A stretch of DNA of 64,000 nt, taken from an uncultured Candidatus Saccharibacteria bacterium. GTDB lineage: Bacteria; Patescibacteriota; Minisyncoccia; Phycocordibacterales; UBA9973. Location: the NCBI GenBank assembly GCA_964646765.1, contig CAZYIA010000003.1, forward strand, positions 2,815-66,814, in the 5' to 3' direction. The notes under the pieces are model-generated. The model was given only the letters and a program-made list of their open reading frames with translations. It did no database searches and had not been told where the DNA came from. This document shows positions 27,507 through 37,142 of the stretch, piece by piece (position 1 is the stretch's first letter; each line of letters begins with the position of its first letter). A program made the translations under genes and the position numbers.

Positions 27507-27967
27507 ATGGAGGGTCTCGCTGTTAAGGCTAAAGCCTTGCTTGAAAAAATCCCATACATCACGCTTACTACAGTTTCAGAAAAAGGGGATCCGCACAACT
27601 CACCAGTATATGCTGTACACGATGAGAAGTATGCCTTTTTCTGGAATTCTTCCGTAGAATCTGTGCACTCAAAAAATATTGCAGCGAACGGAAAAGTATC
27701 TATTGTTGTCTACGATCAACTGTCCTTGAAGGACAAGGGTTTGGCGTCTACATGGATGGCATTGCAGAAGAGCTTACCGGTGAAGATCTTGAGCATGTAA
27801 TTGCAATTTTCTACGCGAAAAAAGGAAAAGAACCTGCGCCAACTAATGTATTTATGGCCCCATCGCTTCGCCGAATGTATCGAGTGGTACCAACAAAAAT
27901 TTGGGTAAATACTTACGAAAAAGGCCGCACGCCGCCTGATGGTAAGGCCGAAGTTCGCCTGGTTTAG
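27507..27967 (+). pseudogene. Pyridoxamine 5'-phosphate oxidase-like FMN-binding protein, frameshifted near 27716
   Basis: Two overlapping ORFs; one added T (GAT[T]CAACT) gives a continuous 'SIVVYDSTVLEGQGFGVYMDG'. Confidence 0.75.
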
Positions 27968-28008
27968 TCTTCATCAATTCTTCATCTCTCCTTGGTTATA
28001 CTGCACAG

Positions 28009-29694
28009 ATGCAGATTCCATTGGTATTTGAACGCGGTAAAGTGTTTGTTATGGGCCATAAAAAAATAGTTATTGGTGTGCTCTGTATTCTCGCGATCGG
28101 AGGCTATTTTATTTTTCGTACTAGTTCAAGCAAAGCTGAAACAAGTTATCTTATTTCCCCAGTTGAGAAGGGAACCATTATTGCTTCAATAACTGGTAGT
28201 GGTCAGGTTGAATCTTCCGATCAAATCGACCTGAAGTCACGTTCTTCTGGAGAAATAACTCGAATTAATGCACACGCTGGCCAAACAGTACATCGAGGAC
28301 AAACGCTTTTTGTAACCGATACTCGCGATGCTGAAAAGTTGGTTCGCGATGCCGAGACATCTCTTGAACTCACACAACTTGACCTCGATAAATTTACTGC
28401 TCCCCCAGAAAATACTGCAGTACAGAGTTTACAAAATGCGATGCTCAATGCGGAGAAAACAAAACATGATGCGGCAACTGATGTTGCAAAAGCCTACCAA
28501 AATCTTTTGAATTCATCAGTTGATGCTAGTGCTGATACCATTGCTAATTCAGTTACACCGCCCACAATTACTGGAACTTATACTAAAGGAGAAGAAGTAA
28601 CTATTACTATTTCTGTATATCAAACCGCAGATAGTGCATATTGGAGCGCTTCAAGTGATCCAAGTGGACTCGTAACAGGTTCAGGTATTGTTAGTTCAGC
28701 ATCCTCTCAACCTATTGGAGATTCCGGACTCTTTATTAAATTTTCTAACACAACAGCTATTCAACCCAAGTGGGTGATTGAGATTCCCAATAAGACGGTA
28801 GCTGCTTACGCAAGTAATCTTGTGGCATATCAAACTGCTCTTGCTAATCAAGAAAAAGTTGACCGAGATGCCGATCTTTCTGTTGCTCAGGCAAAAGAAG
28901 ATCTCAATACTCTCTACCACCCTGATGATCTTGAATTACGCACCAAGCAACTTGCTGTAAAACAAAAACAAGACGCACTCGAAGATGCTAAAAGTGCTCT
29001 CGCGGATTGCTATGTTACTGCTCCATTTGCAGGAACTATTGCAACAGTTACGGCAAAAGTAGGGGATACTGCTTCGGGGATACTTGGCACACTGATTACC
29101 GATCAAAAAGTGGCTACGATATCGCTGAACGAAGTTGATATTTCAAAAATCAAACTTGGTCAAAAAGCAACGCTTACCTTTGATGCTCTCGATGATTTTT
29201 CACTCACTGGGGAAGTTGCTGATATTGATGTTACGGGCACTGTTTCTCAAGGAGTAGTGAACTATAACGTCAAAATTGCTTTTGATACTGACAGCGAAAA
29301 AGTTAAACCCGGAATGAGTGTTTCAGCTGCGATTATCATTGATACAAAACAAGATGTTCTTACAGTTCCTGTTTCAGCTGTAAAGAACGGAGCCAATGGA
29401 AGTTATGTAGAAAAATTCCCTTCTACTGTAGCTCTTACTGCTTCTGCGAGTGGTCAGGGAGTGCTTTCAAAAGCCACTCCCGAGCAAGTGCCCGTCGAAA
29501 CAGGTATTTCTGACGATACTTCAATTGAAATTGTTTCAGGACTCTCGGAAGGAGAAAAAATTATTTCTCGCACTATTACTGCCGCGAAACCAACAACAGC
29601 TACACAAGCACCGAGCCTTCTTGGTGGAGGCGGGGCACGTTTAGGCGGCGGCGGTAACCGTTCATTTAGTGGCGGAGCAGCATTTGGCCGATAG
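28009..29694 (+). CDS. MacA-like efflux periplasmic adaptor (membrane fusion protein)
   Basis: 'SITGSGQV', 'APFAGTI', 'NEVDISKIKLGQ', 'VKPGMSV', 'SGLSEGE'. Confidence 0.9.
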   Translation: MQIPLVFERGKVFVMGHKKIVIGVLCILAIGGYFIFRTSSSKAETSYLISPVEKGTIIASITGSGQVESSDQIDLKSRSSGEITRINAHAGQTVHRGQTLFVTDTRDAEKLVRDAETSLELTQLDLDKFTAPPENTAVQSLQNAMLNAEKTKHDAATDVAKAYQNLLNSSVDASADTIANSVTPPTITGTYTKGEEVTITISVYQTADSAYWSASSDPSGLVTGSGIVSSASSQPIGDSGLFIKFSNTTAIQPKWVIEIPNKTVAAYASNLVAYQTALANQEKVDRDADLSVAQAKEDLNTLYHPDDLELRTKQLAVKQKQDALEDAKSALADCYVTAPFAGTIATVTAKVGDTASGILGTLITDQKVATISLNEVDISKIKLGQKATLTFDALDDFSLTGEVADIDVTGTVSQGVVNYNVKIAFDTDSEKVKPGMSVSAAIIIDTKQDVLTVPVSAVKNGANGSYVEKFPSTVALTASASGQGVLSKATPEQVPVETGISDDTSIEIVSGLSEGEKIISRTITAAKPTTATQAPSLLGGGGARLGGGGNRSFSGGAAFGR

Positions 29695-29695
29695 T

Positions 29696-30388
29696 ATGAT
29701 TACCATTACCGATATAACTAAAACGTATCAATCAGGTGATGTGTCATTTCAAGCACTTAAGGGAGTTTCGTTCTCAATTCATGACGGAGAATTTGTAGCT
29801 ATCATGGGTCCGTCGGGTTCAGGCAAGTCAACACTGATGCACATTCTTGGAGCGCTCGATAATCCAAGTTCCGGTAGTTATTTCCTTGACGGCAAAGATG
29901 TTTCAACACTCTCCGACGATGCGCTTGCTGATATTCGTCGAGAAAAAATCGGTTTTGTTTTTCAAGCATTTAATCTTCTCCCTCGGGCAACTGTTCTTCG
30001 AAATGTGGCATTACCCCTCGTATATGAAGGTATTCCATCTGAGTCGCGCGACGAAAAAGCTCGCACAGCGCTTCTCTCGGCGGGACTTGATGAACAATAT
30101 TTTACCCATCTCTCCAACCAACTTTCTGGAGGCCAGATTCAACGTGTGGCCATTGCTCGAGCGTTGGTTAATAATCCTTCGCTTATTCTTGCCGACGAAC
30201 CAACAGGAAATCTTGATTCCCGAACTGGGGAAATTGTGCTCTCTACATTTCAAAAATTAAATCGCGAAGAAAGGCGCACTATTATTTTGATTACCCACGA
30301 ACAAGATGTAGCCGAGCATGCCGATAGAATTATTTTCATTAAAGACGGATTAATAAAAAGCGACACGCCTGTACACCACACCGCATGA
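29696..30388 (+). CDS. MacB/LolD-type ABC transporter ATP-binding protein
   Basis: [25 protein letters not shown]. Confidence 0.95.
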   Translation: MITITDITKTYQSGDVSFQALKGVSFSIHDGEFVAIMGPSGSGKSTLMHILGALDNPSSGSYFLDGKDVSTLSDDALADIRREKIGFVFQAFNLLPRATVLRNVALPLVYEGIPSESRDEKARTALLSAGLDEQYFTHLSNQLSGGQIQRVAIARALVNNPSLILADEPTGNLDSRTGEIVLSTFQKLNREERRTIILITHEQDVAEHADRIIFIKDGLIKSDTPVHHTA

Positions 30389-31608
30389 CATTTAACGACA
30401 CACTCAACGAAACATATCTTGCGCTCTCGTCGAATAAAGTTCGATCAGGCCTTACCATGCTCGGCATTGTCATCGGTATCAGTTCAGTAATTGCTATGAC
30501 TGCTATCGGTAACGGGGCGCAGAGTACGATTGAAGCGAATATTCAATCAATCGGGGCAAACCTTATTACTATTGTTCCTGGGGCCCAGCGTGGAACTGGC
30601 GTACAAATTTCTGCTGGCCGTGGTTCGGCAAAATCTCTTACTTTGGCTGATGCTACTGCATTAGAGAGTGGTTTGGATTCGGTGAAAGCGGTTGCGCCAG
30701 AAGTTTCGGGACGCTATCAAATTGCGACAAAGGGGGCGAATACTAATACGTCGGTTTCTGGGGTAACTCCAGATTATCTTATTGTACACAATGCTGACAT
30801 TGACGAAGGAGTATTTATTAGTGATCAAAACATTACGAGCGCGAGTAAGGTTGCGGTTATTGGGCCTACGGTTCGCGATGACTTATTTGGTGAAGGAGTT
30901 AACGCTCTTGGGGCAACCATTCGCATTAAACAGATACAATTTAAAGTAATTGGGATCATGCGCTCAAAAGGGGGAACTGGTTTTAATAATCCCGATGATC
31001 AGGTTTATATTCCGATAACTTCTGCTCAACGATATTTTTCCGGTGATCAATACGTTTCTTCAATTAGTGTTGCGGCAACTGACGCCAACTCGACAACTAG
31101 CGCTCAAGAAGAGGTAACCACGGTACTTTTGGATCGCCATAAAATTTCTGATCCCACACTCGCTGACTTTTCGACCATCAACCAAGCAGACATTATCGCG
31201 ACTGCTTCTACGGTAACGGGTACTTTTACGAAATTACTTGCCGCCGTTGCCGGCATTTCACTACTGGTTGGGGGTATCGGTATCATGAATATGATGCTCA
31301 CCACCGTAACTGAGCGAACTCGCGAAATCGGGTTACGTAAGGCAATCGGCGCAAAAGAGAAAGATATCAATAAACAGTTTCTTGTGGAGGCAGTCATGCT
31401 CACCTGTATCGGCGGCACTATCGGGATTATTCTCGGATGGCTGATTACCTTTGCATTCACACATCTTGGCGTTATTCAGACGAAAGTCTCAATTAGTTCG
31501 ATTCTCCTTGCCTTTGGAGTTTCGACGGTTATCGGCATTCTATTCGGGTACTATCCAGCCCGTCGTGCTGCGAAGCTAAATCCGATTGAGGCGCTTCGCT
31601 ATGAGTAA
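30385..31608 (+). CDS. MacB-type ABC transporter permease
   Basis: 'RSGLTMLGIVIGISSV', 'GGIGIMNMML..VTERTREIG', 'PARRAAKLNPIEALRYE'. Confidence 0.95.
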   Translation: MTFNDTLNETYLALSSNKVRSGLTMLGIVIGISSVIAMTAIGNGAQSTIEANIQSIGANLITIVPGAQRGTGVQISAGRGSAKSLTLADATALESGLDSVKAVAPEVSGRYQIATKGANTNTSVSGVTPDYLIVHNADIDEGVFISDQNITSASKVAVIGPTVRDDLFGEGVNALGATIRIKQIQFKVIGIMRSKGGTGFNNPDDQVYIPITSAQRYFSGDQYVSSISVAATDANSTTSAQEEVTTVLLDRHKISDPTLADFSTINQADIIATASTVTGTFTKLLAAVAGISLLVGGIGIMNMMLTTVTERTREIGLRKAIGAKEKDINKQFLVEAVMLTCIGGTIGIILGWLITFAFTHLGVIQTKVSISSILLAFGVSTVIGILFGYYPARRAAKLNPIEALRYE

Positions 31609-31635
31609 CGTATTATTCAGTTAATTAGTATAGAT

Positions 31636-32085
31636 ATGGAAAAAAAATATAGTGCATATATTGTAGTTGGTGCGGTCATTCTCGCTGTCATTTCATTTTA
31701 TGGGGGAGAGGTGTACGCAAAATACAAAGTAAGCTCGTCATTTCGTAGCGGCCAAATGATGGGAAATCGCCAAGGTGGGTTTTCTGGTGGTCAACAAGGA
31801 AATCGTTTTCGTAGCAGTATGGGCGGCTTCATTGCCGGAACTATTTTAAGTAAAGATGCCCAAACTATAACTATCAGTCTTCCTGATGGCAGTTCAAAAA
31901 TTGTGCTTATCGGAGAAAGTACCCAAGTTTCAAAATTTACTCCTGGGACAGACAATGATTTAACCTTAGGAACTTCGGTTATGGTTATGGGAGCGCCAAA
32001 TTCTGATGGCTCAATTACCGCTCAATCTGTTCAAATTCGTCCAGCATCTTCAAATGGGACGAGTACGGCTCCACAAGTAAAATAG
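31636..32085 (+). CDS. Accessory membrane-anchored OB-fold protein (DUF5666-like) of the exporter operon
   Basis: TM, Gly-rich linker, 'G.ILSKD…DGSSKIV…DGSITAQSVQI'. Confidence 0.7.
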   Translation: MEKKYSAYIVVGAVILAVISFYGGEVYAKYKVSSSFRSGQMMGNRQGGFSGGQQGNRFRSSMGGFIAGTILSKDAQTITISLPDGSSKIVLIGESTQVSKFTPGTDNDLTLGTSVMVMGAPNSDGSITAQSVQIRPASSNGTSTAPQVK

Positions 32086-32123
32086 CAAACAAGCCTCTTT
32101 GACAGGTGTGCTACCATATATGT

Positions 32124-32264
32124 ATGGAGTTTTTCGACGAGTTCATCGACTTTTTCGCTAAAATGAATGCCTGGGAATGGGCGGGATTTTTCGTAACCAT
32201 CTTTCTGACCTATGCTGTCGTAAAAATTATTATTTGGATTGTTCAATTATTAACCACACTATAA
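32124..32264 (+). CDS. 46-aa single-TM small protein not in the ORF track ([46 protein letters not shown])
   Basis: Fills the intergenic gap; extended -10 TGcTACCAT ends 6 nt before ATG; stop is 4 nt before msrB. Confidence 0.65.
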   Translation: MEFFDEFIDFFAKMNAWEWAGFFVTIFLTYAVVKIIIWIVQLLTTL

Positions 32265-32268
32265 TTGT

Positions 32269-32670
32269 ATGGATACAAACGAAAAAGTAGAAAAAACTGA
32301 ACGCGAGTGGCAGGAGAAGTTAACCGCTGAAGAATATGCAGTATTGCGTGGAAAGGGAACTGAGATGCCGGGCTCAGGAAAATATCTGCACGAAAAACGA
32401 GAAGGAAGCTACACCTGCAAAGCGTGTGGCAACCCACTTTTTTCTTCAGACACAAAGTTTGATTCTGGTACTGGTTGGCCATCATTCGATGAGGCTATTC
32501 CAGGAGCCGTGGAATTTATTGAAGATGGTAGTCATGGCATGGCGCGTACCGAAGTTGTTTGTGCAAAATGCAAATCACATCTGGGTCATGTATTTGATGA
32601 TGGTCCAACCAAAACTGGTAAGCGTTACTGTATGAACTCCGTGTGCTTAGATCTTAAAGAAAAAAAGTAG
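32269..32670 (+). CDS. msrB: Peptide methionine sulfoxide reductase B
   Basis: '[11 protein letters not shown]', '[10 protein letters not shown]', 'RYCMNS'. Confidence 0.97.
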   Translation: MDTNEKVEKTEREWQEKLTAEEYAVLRGKGTEMPGSGKYLHEKREGSYTCKACGNPLFSSDTKFDSGTGWPSFDEAIPGAVEFIEDGSHGMARTEVVCAKCKSHLGHVFDDGPTKTGKRYCMNSVCLDLKEKK

Positions 32671-32671
32671 C

Positions 32672-32706
32672 AATCAAAAAAACCGGTATAGCCGGTTTTT
32701 TTGATT
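32672..32706. terminator. Bidirectional terminator
   Basis: AATCAAAAAAACCGG / CCGGTTTTTTGATT. Confidence 0.75.
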
Positions 32707-33188
32707 TAGAATCCAAGAAGTTCGAGGAACTGATGCGTTTTCTGTTCAACCAGTTCTTGTTCTTTAATAAAAGGAGTAAGTTTGTCCTTAATTAAAGCTG
32801 GTGGGACTTCACCGATAGGAATAGCGACGAGAGGCATAACTTTACGGTTGGTCATGATAAGTAGATGTCGGTCATGGCCAGGGGGTACGATATCTGCTTC
32901 CTCAATCCAAAATGCGGAAATCGTTGAATATAAAAAGAGGGTTTCGTTAAGTCGAAGTCCACGGGCGCCAAGAGTTACGGTAAGTAGGCGCGGTGGGCGA
33001 GCAGTAAAGTAAAGTAAACTACCAACGCCAATTAACAAAAGGACGCCGAGGAGGAAATTTCCAAGAACAATAGAAGCAATAATGGCAATGAGGGTAACAA
33101 GCCCGATACCCCAATACCAGTCGTTTGAGTGGTTGCGGGGAGTATATTCGGGGATGCTCCACGAGAGTGCGTCGGGAGATTCTTGCAT
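32706..33188 (-). CDS. Two-TM protein with PH-like soluble domain (DUF5673-like)
   Basis: 'WSIPEY…SNDWYW' + 2 TM + 'ISAFWI'. Confidence 0.7.
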   Translation of the reverse strand: MQESPDALSWSIPEYTPRNHSNDWYWGIGLVTLIAIIASIVLGNFLLGVLLLIGVGSLLYFTARPPRLLTVTLGARGLRLNETLFLYSTISAFWIEEADIVPPGHDRHLLIMTNRKVMPLVAIPIGEVPPALIKDKLTPFIKEQELVEQKTHQFLELLGF

Positions 33189-33216
33189 GTCACTATTGTA
33201 TCAAAAGAGTGAAAAC

Positions 33217-33456
33217 TTAGGAATGAGCTTCGTCTTGGTAAAAGTTTTTAGAGATCCAAAAGCGGAATGACGATAAGCATGAGCGCAATGAGTAGCAGTC
33301 TTTTGCTTTTGTTTCCTCAAGTGCTTGAGCAAGTTTTTCCCGAGAGGGGAGTGCTTCATTTTTTGCGCTGGCAAAGAGAGCTGCAATATGAGCTTCTTCA
33401 GCTTCGGTTACATCTTCTTTACCTCGATATTCAGTTGTAGTTGTGGTCTCCTTCAT
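33217..33456 (-). CDS. Small protein coupled to the ECF sigma gene; possible short or truncated anti-sigma factor
   Basis: Start overlaps the sigma stop by 4 nt; no TM helix. Confidence 0.5.
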   Translation of the reverse strand: MKETTTTTEYRGKEDVTEAEEAHIAALFASAKNEALPSREKLAQALEETKAKDCYSLRSCLSSFRFWISKNFYQDEAHS

Positions 33457-34013
33457 AAGAGATCGTTACTACGGAACCGGTCTCGCAACTTGCGAAGCGC
33501 GCGGCTCTGTATTTGTCTAATATTTACTTCAGTCTTGCCCGTTTTTTGAGCAATTTCTTGGTTTGTAAGTTCATCGATGAAACGCATCGTGATAATATCG
33601 CGCTCATCACCGTGCAAAGTGGCAAGTGCTTCACGTACCAACTCTGAGGTCTCACGTTCTTCGGTTAGGTTTTGTGTGCCTGGTGTACTCTCGTCTAACT
33701 CTTTAATAAGGTCATCGCTCGGGATAGCCCGGTGAGGCTGTGAGCGAAAAAAGTCGATAACCAAGTTGCGGGCAGCAGTGTAGAGATACTTTTCTGGCGG
33801 GACTCCTCCACTGTAGGCGCTTAAACTGCGATACAGTTTGAGGAATAAGGTCTGGGTCAGATCTTCGGCCTCGCTTTTGCTCCGCACCCGGAAGAAGATA
33901 AATCGGTACAAGGGGGTATAGTAACTAAGGTAAATGGCCTCAAACGCTTCTTGGTCGCCATCCCGGTACCGCTCGATTAATTCTTTCAGGGCTATTTTTT
34001 CATTCAATCCCAT
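33453..34013 (-). CDS. ECF RNA polymerase sigma factor
   Basis: 'EAEDLTQTLFLKL', 'ARNLVIDFFR', region 4 'EIAQKTGK…RALRKLR'. Confidence 0.93.
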   Translation of the reverse strand: MGLNEKIALKELIERYRDGDQEAFEAIYLSYYTPLYRFIFFRVRSKSEAEDLTQTLFLKLYRSLSAYSGGVPPEKYLYTAARNLVIDFFRSQPHRAIPSDDLIKELDESTPGTQNLTEERETSELVREALATLHGDERDIITMRFIDELTNQEIAQKTGKTEVNIRQIQSRALRKLRDRFRSNDLL

Positions 34014-34019
34014 ACATGG

Positions 34020-34047
34020 TAACGCACAGTCTTAGCTTTTCGTGACA
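34020..34047 (-). promoter_or_regulatory. Putative autoregulatory ECF promoter
   Basis: TGTCAC-N17-CGTTA ending 6 nt before the sigma ATG. Confidence 0.5.
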
Positions 34048-34193
34048 AAGCTTCGGCTACACGTGTTAGCTAGTTTGCTAATGCCTGCTGGGTTAGCAGG
34101 TTCCTATAAAGGGTACCCCATACTTTTTGAATAGCAAGTCCTTTTTTCACGTTTTATTTAGAAAAATCAAGAGCCCATTTGGGGTTATAAAAA

Positions 34194-34886
34194 TTATGAA
34201 CCCTGGTTTTTAACCCGGTACACATTCATAACATTATGCGCCAAACGGGTTGGTTCAGGCATTCGATGGTCTCGGATTACTCGTAACACCCACCCAATAG
34301 ATTCTTGGACGGTAATGCGGTGACCAGGAGAAATAAACATTGGTTTCACTTTTCGCTTTGTTCGTACTGCGGCTCCGATGTTTTCTTTCGAAACAAACCT
34401 ATCACGTAAGTAAGAAAAAGAACCCCGTTCAAATTCTGGCTCCTCATATATTCCAGTGAGAACTTTTTTAGCACAACCGATGGTTGGAATATCTAATAGA
34501 ACGCCTAAGTGTGAAGCAATACCAATACGGCGTGGATGGGCAATGCCAACACCATCAACAAAAATAAGATCAGGAATCTGTTTCAGTTTTTTCCAAGCGT
34601 GAAGTAGCGCCGGCACTTCACGAAATGAGAGTAAGCCAGGAACATACGGGAACGATGTTTCTTCGCGTACTACCGCGTGGTCAACAAGAATAAGTTCAGG
34701 GTAGGTGAGAACAACAAAACCAGCGAAAATAGTTGTCGAATACAAATTCATCGAAACATCACATCCGGCAATAAAGCGGACTTTTTTGTTAAACGGTACG
34801 AGGCGCACTTTTTCTCGCAAATCTTTTTGAATTGCGACAGCTTCTTTGGGTGAAACATTCCAGTTGTGGGTAATTTTATTCATCAT
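34194..34886 (-). CDS. nfi: Endonuclease V
   Basis: 'AGCDVS', 'FPYVPGLLSFRE', 'DGVGIAHPRRIGIASHLG', 'PEPTRLAH'. Confidence 0.96.
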   Translation of the reverse strand: MMNKITHNWNVSPKEAVAIQKDLREKVRLVPFNKKVRFIAGCDVSMNLYSTTIFAGFVVLTYPELILVDHAVVREETSFPYVPGLLSFREVPALLHAWKKLKQIPDLIFVDGVGIAHPRRIGIASHLGVLLDIPTIGCAKKVLTGIYEEPEFERGSFSYLRDRFVSKENIGAAVRTKRKVKPMFISPGHRITVQESIGWVLRVIRDHRMPEPTRLAHNVMNVYRVKNQGS

Positions 34887-34969
34887 TTTTATACTAACGC
34901 GCAAAAGAAAAGCCGGTTACACTCGCGAAAAACGAAAGTGTAACCGGCTAGAAAAAAGTTGGGTGGTAG

Positions 34970-36229
34970 TTAATTTAATGTTTTGGCTAAAGCCTGAGCA
35001 AATGTTGCTGCTTCAGTATAAGTATTATATGCAACTGGAGCAGCACGTAAAATATCGCCACGAATTTCACCGAAGCAATGGTGTTTTTTAGCCAAAGTTT
35101 CTAACACTCCACTCGCAGCATGCTGAGGGGTTGTGAATGAAATCTGGCAGCCACGGTGCTCCCATGCTGTTGGTGTAATAATTCCCACCTGAGGAATGCA
35201 TGAAAGTAAATCATACAAGTAGGTAGAAATTGTTTTGTGCTTCTCTTCAATTGCCGCAAAAGAATATTGTGTAACGATTTCCAAATTAGCCTTTAACCCT
35301 AAAGAATTAAAAATAGGGTCGTTGCTGGCTAAAAATCTCCGCGCACCTTTCGCTGGTTTATAGTTTTCTGTCGGTCCAAATCGGGTATCTTTGTCGATTC
35401 CCCACCAACCAAGCAGTAACGCCAGTTCTGCAATCAGTGCTTCCTTAATGTAAAATCCGGCTACTCCGCCAGGTCCTCCATTTAAGTATTTGTAAGAGCA
35501 GAAGGTGCTGAAATCTATATTCCAGTCGGTCATATGAAGCTGCATATTTCCGATACCGTGAGCGAGGTCAAGACCAATGAAGCCTCCGTTTGCATGTACC
35601 TGTTTTGCTAAATCTTGTACGGGGAAACGTTCTCCGGATTTGTAATTTACCATTTCAAAAAACCCAAGAGCGAGGTTTTTAGTTTCTCCAATAATGCCGC
35701 AGAGTCGGGCAAAATCGTACGTTTCTCCACCGCGAGGGTTAGCAATAACCAGGAATTCATCAATATCCATTTTCCCGTGGATGATTCGTAGAGCCGATTT
35801 GATCGACTCCAAATCAGAAGGGAAGATAGTTGCTATTGTTACTACTTTTGTTCTTCCTTCCTGTTTCTTTTTCCAAAGCGCAAACAGGATAAGAAGGAAG
35901 TTGTTGATACTCAATGAGTTACCGATAACGGCTTCTGGCACATCACCATTACAGCCAAGTAACTCGGCAAGCGGTTTTTCGTATTGCTCGCCATATATCC
36001 ACCAAGGTTCTTTACCTTCTAAGTGTCCATCATGGCCAAGGTTTCCCCATTTATGTGCTTCGTTGGCAAAAATAAGAGGGAACCGTTTGGGCATAAAACC
36101 CAAAGAGTTTCCTCTAAGATCTGCTATCCCACTAGGGCGGGAAAATTCTTGCACATAATTTTTTAAAGGGTCAGATTCATCTAATTGAAGAGCTTTTGCA
36201 AGCAGGTCTTTCCATTTTTTGTTTGTCAT
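34970..36229 (-). CDS. kynU: Kynureninase (PLP-dependent)
   Basis: 'GNSLG', 'FPSD', 'DLAHGIGN', 'CSYKYLNGGPG', 'GWWG', 'RGCQIS'. Confidence 0.85.
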   Translation of the reverse strand: MTNKKWKDLLAKALQLDESDPLKNYVQEFSRPSGIADLRGNSLGFMPKRFPLIFANEAHKWGNLGHDGHLEGKEPWWIYGEQYEKPLAELLGCNGDVPEAVIGNSLSINNFLLILFALWKKKQEGRTKVVTIATIFPSDLESIKSALRIIHGKMDIDEFLVIANPRGGETYDFARLCGIIGETKNLALGFFEMVNYKSGERFPVQDLAKQVHANGGFIGLDLAHGIGNMQLHMTDWNIDFSTFCSYKYLNGGPGGVAGFYIKEALIAELALLLGWWGIDKDTRFGPTENYKPAKGARRFLASNDPIFNSLGLKANLEIVTQYSFAAIEEKHKTISTYLYDLLSCIPQVGIITPTAWEHRGCQISFTTPQHAASGVLETLAKKHHCFGEIRGDILRAAPVAYNTYTEAATFAQALAKTLN

Positions 36230-36330
36230 TGTTAAAGGATTTAGTATCGTCACTCTACAATATTTTTCTCTAAAGTAAAGAAAGGCTAAAATAGGAAGGG
36301 AAACAAAATAATGTTTAAAGCAGGTAAAAA

Positions 36331-36350
36331 AGTTTAGAAGAAGTTTAGAA
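36331..36350 (+). promoter_or_regulatory. Tandem direct repeat AGTTTAGAA (11-bp period), OmpR-type box
   Basis: AGTTTAGAA-GA-AGTTTAGAA upstream of the response regulator. Confidence 0.5.
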
Positions 36351-36371
36351 ATTTCTTGGTACGCTATACGT

Positions 36372-37037
36372 ATGAAAATTCTTGTAATTGAAGATGAGCC
36401 AGATATCGCCGCTTTTATTAAGAAAGGGCTCGAGGCAGAAACCTGTCTTGTAGAACTCGCTGCGACAGGCGAACGAGGTATTTCACTCGCACACTCATAT
36501 ACATATGATGCTATTGTTTTAGATTTTCATTTACCTGATATGCGTGGAGACGAAGCGTCTGCTCGGATTCGTAAAGTAAAGCCCTCTATTCCGATTCTTG
36601 TGCTCTCTGTCGAACGCAATATGGATATTAAATTGGATATGCTTTCCATTTGTGATGACTATCTTACGAAACCGTTTTCTCTTCGTGAGCTTGCCGTTCG
36701 GCTTCGTGCTCTTACTCGACGTGGGGAAGTGCTTCATGGAGATAGATTAGAAGCTGGTGGCCTCACTATGGATTTGGCAAAGCACTCAGTTTCTCTTGAA
36801 GGCAAACCAATTCAGCTTCGCAATAAAGAGTTTGCTCTTCTTGAGTACTTTATGCAGCATCCTGATATCGTTCTCTCACGAGAAATGATTTTGGATCACG
36901 TGTGGGATATGAATGCTGATCCGTTTACTAATACTGTTGATACTCATATTCGATTACTTCGTAAAAAGTTGGAAGACAAACGTCACACCTTTATCCATAC
37001 TGTTCCCAAGCGAGGGTATAAGTTTGCTATCGCTTAA
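36372..37037 (+). CDS. OmpR/PhoB-family response regulator
   Basis: 'LVIEDE', 'VLDFHLPD', 'DDYLTKPF', wHTH 'NTVDTHIRLLRKK…GY'. Confidence 0.95.
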   Translation: MKILVIEDEPDIAAFIKKGLEAETCLVELAATGERGISLAHSYTYDAIVLDFHLPDMRGDEASARIRKVKPSIPILVLSVERNMDIKLDMLSICDDYLTKPFSLRELAVRLRALTRRGEVLHGDRLEAGGLTMDLAKHSVSLEGKPIQLRNKEFALLEYFMQHPDIVLSREMILDHVWDMNADPFTNTVDTHIRLLRKKLEDKRHTFIHTVPKRGYKFAIA

Positions 37038-37047
37038 ACGGGGGTAG

Positions 37048-37077
37048 AAAATGAACGCATAGAAGCGTTCATTTTTT
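37048..37077 (+). terminator. Hairpin/terminator after the response regulator
   Basis: AAAATGAACGC / GCGTTCATTTTTT. Confidence 0.65.
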
Positions 37078-37106
37078 GTTTAGAATTTCTTTACATCAAG
37101 TTACAT
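37078..37106 (+). promoter_or_regulatory. Triple direct repeat TTTAGAA/TTTACAT/GTTACAT (11, 10 bp period) upstream of the ThiF gene
   Basis: Shares GTTTAGAA(A)TTTCTT with 36343-36357. Confidence 0.5.
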
Positions 37107-37142
37107 ACAATTAAAACAATTTTTAAAACCAAAAACATTTTT

